This document shows, piece by piece, positions 37,959 through 47,778 of a DNA stretch of 54,090 nucleotides; within the stretch, counting starts at the first letter, position 1; every line of letters starts with the position of its first letter. Under the pieces are notes generated by a model that had not been told where the DNA came from, searched no databases, and saw only the letters and a program-made list of their open reading frames with translations. Source of the DNA: Candidatus Parvarchaeota archaeon (GTDB taxonomy: Archaea > Nanobdellota > Nanobdellia > JAFCGN01). The stretch covers positions 1-54,090 of the forward strand of contig JAFCEQ010000002.1 of assembly GCA_017609105.1 (NCBI GenBank). The letters run 5' to 3'. The position numbers and the translations under genes are program-made.

Positions 37959-38498
37959 ATGTTATCTGTTTTAAGATTAGGGCATAGGGTAAGAAGAGAT
38001 AAGAGAATCACAACTCACTGCGCTCTTACAAGCAGGGCTTTTGGAGTTGATGAAATGGTTTTCACTGGAGATAAAGATGAGAGTATAATAAAAAGCGTGC
38101 GAGATGTTGTTAAAAGATGGGGCGGGAATTTTAGGATTTCTTATTCAAAAAAATGGAAGGATGTTTTGTTTTCTAAAAGAAATCAAGATTATAAAATTGT
38201 TCATTTAACAATGTATGGTGTTCAATTATTGGATGTTATTCCAAAAATAAGAAAAGAGAAAAATTTATTGGTTGTTGTTGGCGGGGAAAAAGTTCCTCCT
38301 GAAATATTTAAAGAAGCAGATTATAATGTTAGTGTTGGACTTCAACCGCATAGCGAGGTTGCAGCACTTGCTGTTTTTTTTCATGAATATTTTAAAGGAA
38401 AAGAACTCACAAGAGATTTTAATAATAAAAAATTTGAGAAAGGAATTAAGATATTGCCTCAAGAAAAAGGCAAGAAAGTAATAAAGAATTCTTTTTAA
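37959..38498 (+). CDS. trm56: tRNA (cytidine56-2'-O)-methyltransferase, SPOUT class (aTrm56)
   Basis: N-terminus VLRLGHRVRRDKRITTHCALTSRAFG is the characteristic aTrm56 start. 179 aa. Confidence 0.85.
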   Translation: MLSVLRLGHRVRRDKRITTHCALTSRAFGVDEMVFTGDKDESIIKSVRDVVKRWGGNFRISYSKKWKDVLFSKRNQDYKIVHLTMYGVQLLDVIPKIRKEKNLLVVVGGEKVPPEIFKEADYNVSVGLQPHSEVAALAVFFHEYFKGKELTRDFNNKKFEKGIKILPQEKGKKVIKNSF

Positions 38499-38517
38499 GA
38501 GTTATTTTTAAAAATAA

Positions 38518-38766
38518 TTGAAGAGTATGATATTATTGGGGGGTGTTATGGAAAAAAGTGTTATTGAAGAAGTGAAAAAAATTCGTGATGAAGTGAAGAG
38601 ATTAAAATCAGAGCTTACATGGGTTAACAGCAGGTTGAATGAAATAAAATGGGATTTAGAAAGAAATCATTATTCAGAATATAGTTTGAGAAGAAAGGAA
38701 GAGTATGAATCTCAAAAAGAAATGCTTGAAAAAAGGATTGATGAGCTTATGCAGAAATTATTATAA
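38518..38766 (+). CDS. small coiled-coil protein (hypothetical)
   Basis: 82-aa ORF; the start may be MEKSV at 38548. Converges on rad50 and overlaps it by 6 nt. Confidence 0.4.
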   Translation: MKSMILLGGVMEKSVIEEVKKIRDEVKRLKSELTWVNSRLNEIKWDLERNHYSEYSLRRKEEYESQKEMLEKRIDELMQKLL

Positions 38767-40764
38767 GCTTTTCAGCATGCTCACACCAGATTTCTTGTAA
38801 ATTTCATAAATGGTGTCTGCTGCTTCTTTTAATTCAGGAACATGAGTTACTATAATCATTTGTGGAATGCTTTGAATATTCCTGAGTGCTTTTGGAAGAG
38901 CTTTAACATCTTCTCTGTCAAAACCAACTGTTGGTTCGTCTAAAATAATAACTTCTGGTTTAGTAATCCCGCCTATTTTTGCAGCAATATCCGCTAATGC
39001 TAACCTGTACGCAAGCGCCACGCTTGTTCTTTCTCCCCCGCTTAAATTATTTATGCTTACTTCTTCACCGTCTCTCGTATAACACACGGGTTCATAATTG
39101 TTTTTTATGTCTACTGAATATTCTTCTTCTTGTTTTCTTATTTCTTCAAACTTTTCAGCAAACTCTTGTTTTAAGTCAACTAAAAATTTTCTTCTTATTA
39201 TTTCACTTATGCTTCGTATGTCTGTCCTGAGTTTATTAAGTAATTTTACTATGTTTTCTAATTTTATTGCTTTGTTTTTTTCTTCAATTAAATTTTTTAA
39301 TTCTCTTTCAAGTTTTACGTATTCTTCTTTTGATTCTACTCTTAGTTTTGTGTTGAATATGATTTTTTCTTCTAATGAAGTGCATTCATTTGCAAGAAGA
39401 ATTTCTTTTTTTTCAAGTTCTTCAATTTCATTTTTTTTGTCTTCAACATTCTTGCTTTCTTCTTGAAATCTTTTAATTTTTTCTTCAATTTCTTCTTTTT
39501 TTGATAAAAAATTTTTTATTTCTTCTTTTTGCGATGAAATAACTTTTTCTAAACCAAGAACTTCTGCTTTATATTTATCAACTTCTTGCGCTAATTTTAT
39601 TTTTGGCAAATAACTATTATAACTTAGTTTTAAGTCTCCTAAAATGTTTTCATTGTCATGAATTTTGTTTTCAATGTTTGTTTTAATATTTGTTAAGTGT
39701 GCTGAGGATATTTCTTGTTCGCAAAGAGGGCAAACAGCGTTTCCTCTTAATTTTTTTATTTTCTCAAGTTCTTTATCATATTTTTCAAGCTCTTTTTTAA
39801 TGCTTTCCATCTTTCCTTCTATGCGAGATTTTTGAATTTGAAGTTCTTCAAGATTCTCTCCTTTCCCTACTTCTTCAATTTTTTTTGTTAATTCTTCTTT
39901 TTTCTTTTCATTTTCTTTAATACTCTTTTTTAAGTTCTCAATGTTTGCTAAAACATTATTATAAACTCCTTTTAAATTATGGAGTTCGTTGCTCATGCGA
40001 ATAGCTTCATTAAATTCTTCTTTCAGTTTTTTTCTTTTTTCTTTTATTCTTATTAACATTTCTTTTTTTTCTTCAAGTGTTTTTTTGTTTTCATTAATTT
40101 TTTCTTCAAGTATTAGTATTTTTTTTCTTATTTCATTAATTTTTTCTTCAACATCTCCTAAGTACTCGCTTTTTGTTTGGCTTGCAATTCTTTTTTTGTC
40201 AAAAGAATTAATGATTGCTCTTAAGTTTTCATAAGTGTTCTCATACTTGCTTAATTGAAGTATTCTATCAATATGTTTTTCTCTTTCTTTATCCGTGAGT
40301 TCTATTAATTTTCTTATTTCATCTTGTTTTGTGTAATTAATGATTTCAAAAAATTCAACAGGTTTCTTTAATTCTTTAGGATAATTCAGTATTTCTAAAA
40401 TTTTATTATCAATATCATTTGTTCTTGATAGGATTGGAACTTGTTTTCCATTAATAAAAAGAGCAAGATTGTTCGCGTCCACAATTATGCTGTCCTTAAT
40501 TCTTTTAATCCCTCTTATGATTTTTATTTTTTTATTGTCTTTTGTTAATTCAAGAATAACTTTTCCATTGTTTTTTTTTCTGCGTAAAAGAGAATTATTA
40601 TTCTTTATTGCTTTGCTTCCGAAAAGAGCGTAAGCAATTCCCATGAAAATGCTTGATTTACCGCTTCCTGTTCTTCCTGATATCACTGTTATGCCTTTAT
40701 CAAAATCTATTTTCGTGTTTTCATGAGAGCGTATGTTTTCTAAAGTTATTGAATTAATAATCAT
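38761..40764 (-). CDS. rad50: Rad50 DNA double-strand-break repair ATPase (short coiled-coil form)
   Basis: Walker A GRTGSGKSS, central zinc hook CPLCEQ, signature LSGGERTSVALAYRLAL, Walker B IILDEPT. 667 aa. Confidence 0.92.
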   Translation of the reverse strand: MIINSITLENIRSHENTKIDFDKGITVISGRTGSGKSSIFMGIAYALFGSKAIKNNNSLLRRKKNNGKVILELTKDNKKIKIIRGIKRIKDSIIVDANNLALFINGKQVPILSRTNDIDNKILEILNYPKELKKPVEFFEIINYTKQDEIRKLIELTDKEREKHIDRILQLSKYENTYENLRAIINSFDKKRIASQTKSEYLGDVEEKINEIRKKILILEEKINENKKTLEEKKEMLIRIKEKRKKLKEEFNEAIRMSNELHNLKGVYNNVLANIENLKKSIKENEKKKEELTKKIEEVGKGENLEELQIQKSRIEGKMESIKKELEKYDKELEKIKKLRGNAVCPLCEQEISSAHLTNIKTNIENKIHDNENILGDLKLSYNSYLPKIKLAQEVDKYKAEVLGLEKVISSQKEEIKNFLSKKEEIEEKIKRFQEESKNVEDKKNEIEELEKKEILLANECTSLEEKIIFNTKLRVESKEEYVKLERELKNLIEEKNKAIKLENIVKLLNKLRTDIRSISEIIRRKFLVDLKQEFAEKFEEIRKQEEEYSVDIKNNYEPVCYTRDGEEVSINNLSGGERTSVALAYRLALADIAAKIGGITKPEVIILDEPTVGFDREDVKALPKALRNIQSIPQMIIVTHVPELKEAADTIYEIYKKSGVSMLKSL

Positions 40765-41996
40765 TATTTTTCTCCCTCCAATTTCTTGTTTAAACCTTTT
40801 ATTTCACTGCTTAATAATGTTTTATCAATTAAGTTTATGCACTCTTCTTGGCTTAAGCTTAATTCATTTTGGGATTGTTCTTTTCCTAATAAACGTATTA
40901 ATTCTTGAGCTAGTTTTATTGTGATTTCATCATATTTTTGTTTTTTTAAGTAATCATATTCTATTTCTCTTATTGTCTTATCTTTTATTTCTTGGTATTC
41001 TTCTCCTGCTTCATCAGAGAGTTCTGAGAGCATGGTTTTGCAATGAAGGAATCCGTTAATCTCGCTTTCTTTTAAAATCCTGTTAAAATTAATTTGAGTT
41101 TTTAATCCTTTTAATTTTCCTTTTATTTTTAAAATAAGTAATGAATCTCTTCCATGTTTTGGAATTTCTTTAAGTATTTTATTTGTTGCTTCTATTGGTG
41201 TTAAATTATTAACATTTATTTCTTTGAACACAATTTCTCTTGCAGTTAGTTTAATCCATTTAATTTTTAATTTTTCATTTTTGTTTTCAGGAATTTCAAT
41301 TAAGAACATTCCTTTTTCATTGCTTTTAATCATGTCTAATGAATCAGTGTATTCAGTGCTTCCAGGATATACAACTGGTTTCTTATTGTATTCGTAAATG
41401 TTTTTTCTATGCCAATGCCCTCCAGCATAGTAATCAAAACCTTTTGGCAAAGAACTCATGGGTAAGTCAGCAAAAGAGTTTGCTTCTTCCACATTACTTA
41501 TTATGTGATGGAAAAGGAAAATTGAGAAAACATTTTGCGGCTTATTTGGTTCAAGAAGAGAATATTTTTCTTTTATATTTCCTTTAAACCCTGGAACCCC
41601 GCAGATAAAAGCGTTTTTAATTGTTTCCCCATTTAATATTGCTTTTTCTCCTCTTTGAATTAAATACTTTGGATTTGATAAATTAATTATAAGTCCTATT
41701 TTTTCAAGAAGACTTAAAGGAGTTTCATGAATGTAAATATCATGGCTTCCAGCGATTGTTAGAAAAGGTATTTCTTTTTCTTTTAATTTTTTTAATTGTT
41801 CAATAACGAATATTAAGTCCTTGAAGCTCGGTCTTCCAGTATCAAACAAGTCCCCGCTATGTATTATGAAATCAACTCCTTCACTAATGCTAATATCTAT
41901 TGCTTCTTCAAACACTCTTAAGAAATCTTTATGCCTTTGTTCAAGCTTGAAATTGCTCGCGCCAATATGCGTGTCGCTTAAATGAATGAATTTCAT
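40764..41996 (-). CDS. mre11: Mre11 nuclease (calcineurin-like phosphoesterase)
   Basis: FIHLSDTHIG, HSGDLFD, IAGSHD and GGHWH phosphoesterase motifs. 1-nt overlap with the rad50 start. Confidence 0.92.
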   Translation of the reverse strand: MKFIHLSDTHIGASNFKLEQRHKDFLRVFEEAIDISISEGVDFIIHSGDLFDTGRPSFKDLIFVIEQLKKLKEKEIPFLTIAGSHDIYIHETPLSLLEKIGLIINLSNPKYLIQRGEKAILNGETIKNAFICGVPGFKGNIKEKYSLLEPNKPQNVFSIFLFHHIISNVEEANSFADLPMSSLPKGFDYYAGGHWHRKNIYEYNKKPVVYPGSTEYTDSLDMIKSNEKGMFLIEIPENKNEKLKIKWIKLTAREIVFKEINVNNLTPIEATNKILKEIPKHGRDSLLILKIKGKLKGLKTQINFNRILKESEINGFLHCKTMLSELSDEAGEEYQEIKDKTIREIEYDYLKKQKYDEITIKLAQELIRLLGKEQSQNELSLSQEECINLIDKTLLSSEIKGLNKKLEGEK

Positions 41997-42057
41997 AAAT
42001 AAAGTTAATTAGACAAGATTATAAAAACATTTATGAAGAAAACTGCAGATTTTTTTT

Positions 42058-43602
42058 TTAACCAAATCCGAAAATCATTGTTTTCTCTTTTCTTGATTTT
42101 TTGATTAAATCATTGAAATAATGTATTTTTACTGGTAATGGGAATTCTAAGAAAGGACTTGTTATTAATGCTTCTCCCCTATCAAGCATTTGGATTTCCA
42201 CGCTTTCATCGCTTATGTTCTGAGTGCTGCTATTAATCACTGCTTCCCTGTCTGATGGTGCAGGCAATCCAAGAATTACTTTAGTGTTCATTTGAGAAAG
42301 AATTTCTTTTGGCAATAATGAAGGCATTTGAGTTATGGCGCACACGCCTACTTTGAATTTCCTTCCTTCTCTTGTTATTCTTTCAAAAATATTTGTTCCC
42401 TTAGCTAATGCATCAATTCCTAAAACCCTTGGTGCTTCCTCAAAAACAATTAAGAGTTCAGGGAGAGTGTTAAACCTTTTAGGATTCGCTTGTTTTTCTT
42501 TTCTGTAATAATTAAAAATTCTTGTTGTAATACTGCTTGAGATTATTTTTTCTGCTTCATCACCTACAAGATTAGTGTCAATGATTATAATATTTCCTTC
42601 GCAAACTGCTTTTTGAATTTTTGAGAAAATGCTTGTTCCTTCTCTTTTTTTCAAAGAAAAAACAATGCCTTCTCCATCATTTAATTCTAATGAATTATTA
42701 AGTTTTCTTTTAAGAGTAAAAATAGTGCTTCGCATAACTCTTCCTTCTGACATTTTTTCTAAGCTTTGAATATCCATTTTAAGCATGTTTGAAAGCCATT
42801 CTTCTTTAAATTTTCTGTAAAATAATTGCATGGCTTCTTTTTGCGCTCCGCTTAAATCAACTATGCCAAAAAAATCGTTCGGTTCTAAATCTTGAGCATG
42901 AATTCTTAATTCTTCTGATTCAGGGTATTCAGTGAATCTTGGTGTAAAGAATCTTAAGTTTTTTCTGTTAGGATGATGACTTAATCCAATTATTCCTCTT
43001 CCGCCATAATACTCTCCGTGAGGGTCTATAATAATTGAACTAACTTCCGGGATTTCCATTAATCCTTTTATAAAAACTTTGGCGAAATTGCTTTTCCCTC
43101 TTCCTGTTGCAGCAACAACAAGCATGTGATGACTTACTAATTCATTGCTCGGAAGCTTAACTTTAATATTTTCTAAACTCTTCATTCCTAATCTTAAATT
43201 ACCTATCTCAACTCCTTTGTTTTCTTTAAGAAATTCAAAATCTTTTTCCTTTACTCTTCTCACTTTGCTGAAATGTTTCGGCAGATTTCTTGGTGGGTGG
43301 AAACCAAGTGTTTGGATTTTAAGAATTTTTCCGCACCCAATTTTGTAAAACCTGTCTTTTTCATCAAAAAGCATTGAATCTTCTTCATATTCTAAATTAT
43401 TGCCTGCTATTTCTTCAATGAATTGGTTTTCTAATTGGCTTGATATGTTTAAGTCAATTATTTTAATGTAGTATTTAGCATTTTTTTCTTCGCATATAAG
43501 AATGTCTCCAACATCAACTTCAGAATTATTTTTTATTCTTATGAAAATCTTGCTTACGTTTCCACTAATTATTTGTCCAACCACATTATTCTCTGCGTTC
43601 AT
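42058..43602 (-). CDS. herA: HerA hexameric DNA helicase/translocase
   Basis: N-terminal barrel, Walker A VVAATGRGKSN, Walker B LLIVFEEAPR. Located between nurA and mre11. Confidence 0.9.
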   Translation of the reverse strand: MNAENNVVGQIISGNVSKIFIRIKNNSEVDVGDILICEEKNAKYYIKIIDLNISSQLENQFIEEIAGNNLEYEEDSMLFDEKDRFYKIGCGKILKIQTLGFHPPRNLPKHFSKVRRVKEKDFEFLKENKGVEIGNLRLGMKSLENIKVKLPSNELVSHHMLVVAATGRGKSNFAKVFIKGLMEIPEVSSIIIDPHGEYYGGRGIIGLSHHPNRKNLRFFTPRFTEYPESEELRIHAQDLEPNDFFGIVDLSGAQKEAMQLFYRKFKEEWLSNMLKMDIQSLEKMSEGRVMRSTIFTLKRKLNNSLELNDGEGIVFSLKKREGTSIFSKIQKAVCEGNIIIIDTNLVGDEAEKIISSSITTRIFNYYRKEKQANPKRFNTLPELLIVFEEAPRVLGIDALAKGTNIFERITREGRKFKVGVCAITQMPSLLPKEILSQMNTKVILGLPAPSDREAVINSSTQNISDESVEIQMLDRGEALITSPFLEFPLPVKIHYFNDLIKKSRKEKTMIFGFG

Positions 43603-43743
43603 AAGAATGACATATTATTTTATCTTTAAAAGAATTATTGATAATAAATTATTCATTTCACTAAAAAAAATAAACTTATTTAAAAATAAACTTATTTATG
43701 AAGTGCTTTGTTGTGAATAGTTCCTTTAAAAAATAATTTTTTT

Positions 43744-44664
43744 TTATTTGTACGCGATTTCATCAAGTTTTTTGTGCAAGTCCTGGCTTAACAAGTCTTG
43801 TTCAACTTCTTTTAAACCCATTTTTTTTAAAAAAAGAATTGTTCTATTTTTTTCACTTTTCGCTTCTCTCCTGCTTATTCTTGCTGTTAAATCTGCTTTT
43901 AAAAGAGGATAAGGGTATCCTAAAATACTCTTATCTCTTGAGTAAAAACATAAGATTTCTGAAATATTTTTTAAATCCCCAAAGTATTGTATTCTAAAAA
44001 CCCTGTTTGAATTCTCATTTAATTTTACTAATGCTTCGTTCTCATTCAAAGCATAAACCCATTTTTTTAATCCTAATTCATCTCCAGTGTTTTTAACAAT
44101 GCTTAAATAATTTCTCCCGTTTTTTAACATTCTTGTTGTTTTAGCAAAACCCACAAGATTTATTTTATTTTTTTGAGCGATTTCAATCATTTTTTTAACG
44201 ATTTTCTTGTTTTCTTCTAATTCGCACGCGAGCAAGCCATCAATTAATAAGGTTTCACCGTTTTTCATTTCTTTCAATTTTTTTAATCCTGTTTTTAATT
44301 CTAAATACTTTCTTACATACCCAATTATTTCTTCAAATTTTATTTTTTTAAAATCAAATTCAGGAAGATTTAATTCTTCTGCTATAACTGTTTTCTTATT
44401 ATTTCTTAAACCTTCATTATGCACTAACACTATTGTTTCTGTTTCTTTTTTATTGTAAATTTTTTTTCCATTATCATAAGTCACGCAAGAAATTCTTATC
44501 TTGCTTAAATACCATGTTCCGCCATCCATTATTAAACAATTCCCGCCGTCAATAGCGTATAATTTATCACTTCTTTTTTTCTCAATTTTTTTGAAATTAT
44601 TTTTTATTCTTATCTTATTTCTTGTTTTTGATTTTAAGATTTCAATTATTTTATTAAAAATCAT
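43744..44664 (-). CDS. nurA: NurA 5'-3' nuclease
   Basis: LYAIDGGN N-terminal acidic motif and C-terminal GYPYPLLKADLTARIS motif typical of NurA. Lies in the herA-mre11-rad50 cluster. Confidence 0.85.
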   Translation of the reverse strand: MIFNKIIEILKSKTRNKIRIKNNFKKIEKKRSDKLYAIDGGNCLIMDGGTWYLSKIRISCVTYDNGKKIYNKKETETIVLVHNEGLRNNKKTVIAEELNLPEFDFKKIKFEEIIGYVRKYLELKTGLKKLKEMKNGETLLIDGLLACELEENKKIVKKMIEIAQKNKINLVGFAKTTRMLKNGRNYLSIVKNTGDELGLKKWVYALNENEALVKLNENSNRVFRIQYFGDLKNISEILCFYSRDKSILGYPYPLLKADLTARISRREAKSEKNRTILFLKKMGLKEVEQDLLSQDLHKKLDEIAYK

Positions 44665-45314
44665 CAGAATTCACCAAGATTTTTCTGCTCTTTTTCATTT
44701 AATAAATCATTATAAGTGCTCCAAGTATGCCTCAAATATTTTTTAATTTCAGGATTTCTTATTAATGGTTTAATATTCTCTCTCATTTTTTCATCATGAG
44801 GATAACCAACACCTAAGTTCACACCAATTTTTTTTTCAATTTCTTTCAGAATTCTATCTCTTTCAGTTTTTGCAAGAATGCTCGCAGCACTTACGATAGG
44901 ATAATTCATGTCTGCTTTGAATTCTGCAATAATTTCGCATTCATGCTCTAATCTTGCTTTAACATTATTCACAAATTTTTTTGTTCCAGAAGGACTATCT
45001 AATATGACTTTATCAGGTTTTAATTTGTTTATTATTTCAGCAATTTTCATTGCTTCCAACAAATTTAAATTAATTCCTGAGTAATTCATTTTATCAATTT
45101 CATAAGCACTTATGTTGATTGTATGAAAATCTCTTGCAACTTCTTTAATTTTTTCTTTTAATTCTTCTCTTTTTTTAGCACTTAATTGTTTGCTATCCTT
45201 GCACCCTATTTTTTTAAGAATATTTTCTTTTTCTTCCTCAATTAAAACCCCGCTTATTACTAAGTCCCCAATAAAACTTCCTCTTCCAGCTTCATCAATG
45301 CCTAAGACTAACAT
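44664..45314 (-). CDS. rnhB: ribonuclease HII
   Basis: LGIDEAGRGSFIG (DEAGRG) and DSKQLS motifs. 216 aa. Its end overlaps the nurA start by 1 nt. Confidence 0.92.
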   Translation of the reverse strand: MLVLGIDEAGRGSFIGDLVISGVLIEEEKENILKKIGCKDSKQLSAKKREELKEKIKEVARDFHTINISAYEIDKMNYSGINLNLLEAMKIAEIINKLKPDKVILDSPSGTKKFVNNVKARLEHECEIIAEFKADMNYPIVSAASILAKTERDRILKEIEKKIGVNLGVGYPHDEKMRENIKPLIRNPEIKKYLRHTWSTYNDLLNEKEQKNLGEF

Positions 45315-45433
45315 AAAAGATTAAAGAAAATCAATGAAATAAAAGCTTAATTGTTATCTTATTTATTTTATCTTATTTATTATTAATAAGCATTTTTTTG
45401 TAATTATGAACCTTTTTAAATATTGTTTTTCTT

Positions 45434-46057
45434 TTGAGTTATGTTATGAGAGCAATAAACGAGTTTTTAGATTACAAAACATATGAACTTCCTTTTGGGT
45501 TTAAGACAAGCAATGTTGAGTTAAAAGAATTGTTTAAAGCATGGCTTGTTATTAGTTTAATTTTCACTATTGCAAGCACAGGGCTTTCATTTAATTCTAC
45601 TGCAATTATTTTTTTCTTAATCTCTGCTTTCACAGTGGGGATTGGTTTTTTGATTCATGAATTAAGTCATAAGATTATGGCGCAAAATTTTGGAGCTTCT
45701 GCTGAATTCAGAGCAGATAATCAAATGCTTTCTTTAGCATTAATTATGAGTGTTTTCGGGTTTCTTTTCATAGCACCTGGAGCTGTTTTCATTATTGGCA
45801 GAGTGAATAAGAAGGAGAATGGAATAATTTCTTTAGCAGGACCTCTTTCTAATTTTGTATTAGCTTTAATCTTTCTTTTCTTTTATTTTTTTAAGAACTC
45901 TGTTTTTCTTGTTTATGGGTATAAAATTAATTCTTGGCTTGCATTATTTAATATGATTCCTTTTGGAAATTTTGATGGAAGAAAAATTCTTGATTGGAAC
46001 AAGGGTGTTTACGCTTTTTTTGCTTTTCTTTTTCTTCTCTTTACTTTTTTGTTTTAA
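45434..46057 (+). CDS. M50-family (site-2 protease-like) membrane metalloprotease
   Basis: HELSHK (HExxH) within a TM helix and NMIPFGNFDGRKI (the LDG-type motif). Polytopic. The start may be ATG 45446. Confidence 0.8.
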   Translation: MSYVMRAINEFLDYKTYELPFGFKTSNVELKELFKAWLVISLIFTIASTGLSFNSTAIIFFLISAFTVGIGFLIHELSHKIMAQNFGASAEFRADNQMLSLALIMSVFGFLFIAPGAVFIIGRVNKKENGIISLAGPLSNFVLALIFLFFYFFKNSVFLVYGYKINSWLALFNMIPFGNFDGRKILDWNKGVYAFFAFLFLLFTFLF

Positions 46058-46124
46058 ATGAAATTCTTTTTAAGCAAAAATTTTTAGACAAAACTTTAAA
46101 TTTTTATTTTTTTATTAATAAAAC

Positions 46125-46421
46125 ATGCTTAAAGAATTATTTCTTGTGAGTTTAGGCACAATAATAGTGCTTGTTGCTTTTTTCTTTACTGTTTATTTTA
46201 AAGAATTTCCAAGAATTAAGAGAAGAATTAAGACAAAAAGGGATAAAATAAATTCAGCAAGGTTCTCAGGATTAATAGTGCTTCTTCTTGGTTTAAGCGG
46301 AGTGTTCGTTTTCACTCTTGTTGGAAAAAACCCGGAAATGCCTTTTTATAGTATTGTTCCTGCAATTATAGGATTAGTTTTTATTCTTGTTTCGTATTTA
46401 ATAAAAGAAAATCAAGTTTAA
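46125..46421 (+). CDS. small membrane protein (hypothetical)
   Basis: 98 aa with three hydrophobic helices. Confidence 0.45.
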   Translation: MLKELFLVSLGTIIVLVAFFFTVYFKEFPRIKRRIKTKRDKINSARFSGLIVLLLGLSGVFVFTLVGKNPEMPFYSIVPAIIGLVFILVSYLIKENQV

Positions 46422-46436
46422 GAAGGGGTTTTTAAT

Positions 46437-46685
46437 TCAGAATTTTTCATGCCCGAAATGAATTATTAAATCATACTTAATGTTTTTTGGCAGAACAGGC
46501 AAGTCGCAAGCACCAAAACAGCTACCGCCCCACACATCAATTCGTGCATTAGTTTTTTCACTTAAGTAATCAAGTATTTCAACACTCTTGTTTTTAAGCC
46601 CGTCAGGAAGTTGAATTAATACTTTTTTTGCTTTCATTTCATTAATTTTTTTAACAATCTTATCTAATTCAAAATCAAATTCCAT
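46437..46685 (-). pseudogene. dph2: N-terminal remnant (82 codons) of diphthamide synthesis radical-SAM enzyme Dph2
   Basis: KKVLIQLPDGLKNKSVEILDYL...GSCFGACDLP...YDLIIHFGHEKF aligns with the first quarter of archaeal Dph2 as I recall it from Pyrococcus (KRVLIQSPEGLR...YGACD...IHLGHS). It stops there, and the next 15 nt abut the end of an oppositely oriented gene. Confidence 0.65.
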
Positions 46686-46783
46686 GATTAATAAAATAAT
46701 TAAATCTTTTTAATTTCTTTTGTTTTTAAATTAAAAAAAATTAATCTAATCATTTATTAAGGCACTTTTCTTAAAAAAAAATT

Positions 46784-47776
46784 ATGGAGCTCATGATTGG
46801 TAAAATAAAAACTTCAAAAGAACTTCTTGATATAGTGCTTCCATCTATTGAAAAATCTCTTAGAATAAGAATTCAAAAAATGAAGAAAAAAAGGATTTCA
46901 TTTGAAAAAAGAGTAAAGGAATCAGAGGTACTAAGAATTCAAGAATTAACAAAAAAGATTAATGAAGAATTAATGAGGATAATTAAAGCGTTCCCAGACA
47001 TAAATGAATTGAACGATTTTTATAAGGAATTAATAGATTCCATGCTTTCCATTCATGAATTAAAAATTTCTTGGTCTAAAATAGTTTGGACAAAGAATAA
47101 AATAAAACAATTATCAAAACATTATTTAAAAAAAGTGAGTTCAGCAGAGAATGTTAAAGACATGATGAGGATAAGAAAGTCTTTTTATGGAAGGGTTTCT
47201 TCTCTTTTGAAAGAGCTTGATAATGATTTTGTTTTTCTTGAAAAAGCAAGAAAAGAATTTAAGAAACTTCCGTCAGTAAAGCAGATAAGAACTATTGTGC
47301 TCGCAGGATACCCTAATGTTGGCAAGACGTCCTTGCTTAAAGCATTAACAAGAAGCGAGCCAGAAATTAATTCTTATCCTTTCACTACTAAAGAAATAAA
47401 AGTAGGGTTTGTGAGAAAAAACAAGAAAAGAGTATTGCAAGTTATTGATACTCCTGGAATTCTTGACAGGCCTCTTGAGAAAAGAAACAAGATTGAACTC
47501 AAAGCAATACTTGCTTTAAGGCATCTTGCAGAAAAAATATTGTTTTTAATTGATCCAACGCTTTCCTGCGGTTATTCTCTTGAAGAACAATTAAATCTTT
47601 ATAAGAGTATAAAAAAAATTTTCAAAGAAAAAGAAATTTTTCTTGTGATTAATAAATCTGATTTAATTAAAGACAAGGATTCATTAAAGAATGCTTTAAA
47701 ACCTTTAAAAACTTATTTCATAAGTGCAAGAAAAGGAGAATTGAATGACATAAAACCTCTTTTAGATTTAGATTAA
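46784..47776 (+). CDS. Nog1-family GTP-binding protein
   Basis: Helical N-terminal NOG1-type region, then G1 GYPNVGKTS, G3 DTPGILD and G4 NKSD. 330 aa. Confidence 0.85.
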   Translation: MELMIGKIKTSKELLDIVLPSIEKSLRIRIQKMKKKRISFEKRVKESEVLRIQELTKKINEELMRIIKAFPDINELNDFYKELIDSMLSIHELKISWSKIVWTKNKIKQLSKHYLKKVSSAENVKDMMRIRKSFYGRVSSLLKELDNDFVFLEKARKEFKKLPSVKQIRTIVLAGYPNVGKTSLLKALTRSEPEINSYPFTTKEIKVGFVRKNKKRVLQVIDTPGILDRPLEKRNKIELKAILALRHLAEKILFLIDPTLSCGYSLEEQLNLYKSIKKIFKEKEIFLVINKSDLIKDKDSLKNALKPLKTYFISARKGELNDIKPLLDLD

Positions 47777-47778
47777 AT

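Noticed and set aside
45381-45406. Short tandem TATCTTATTTATT x2 in the rnhB / M50 protease spacer
   Set aside because: Low-complexity AT-rich promoter-region sequence. It is too short and too simple to interpret.
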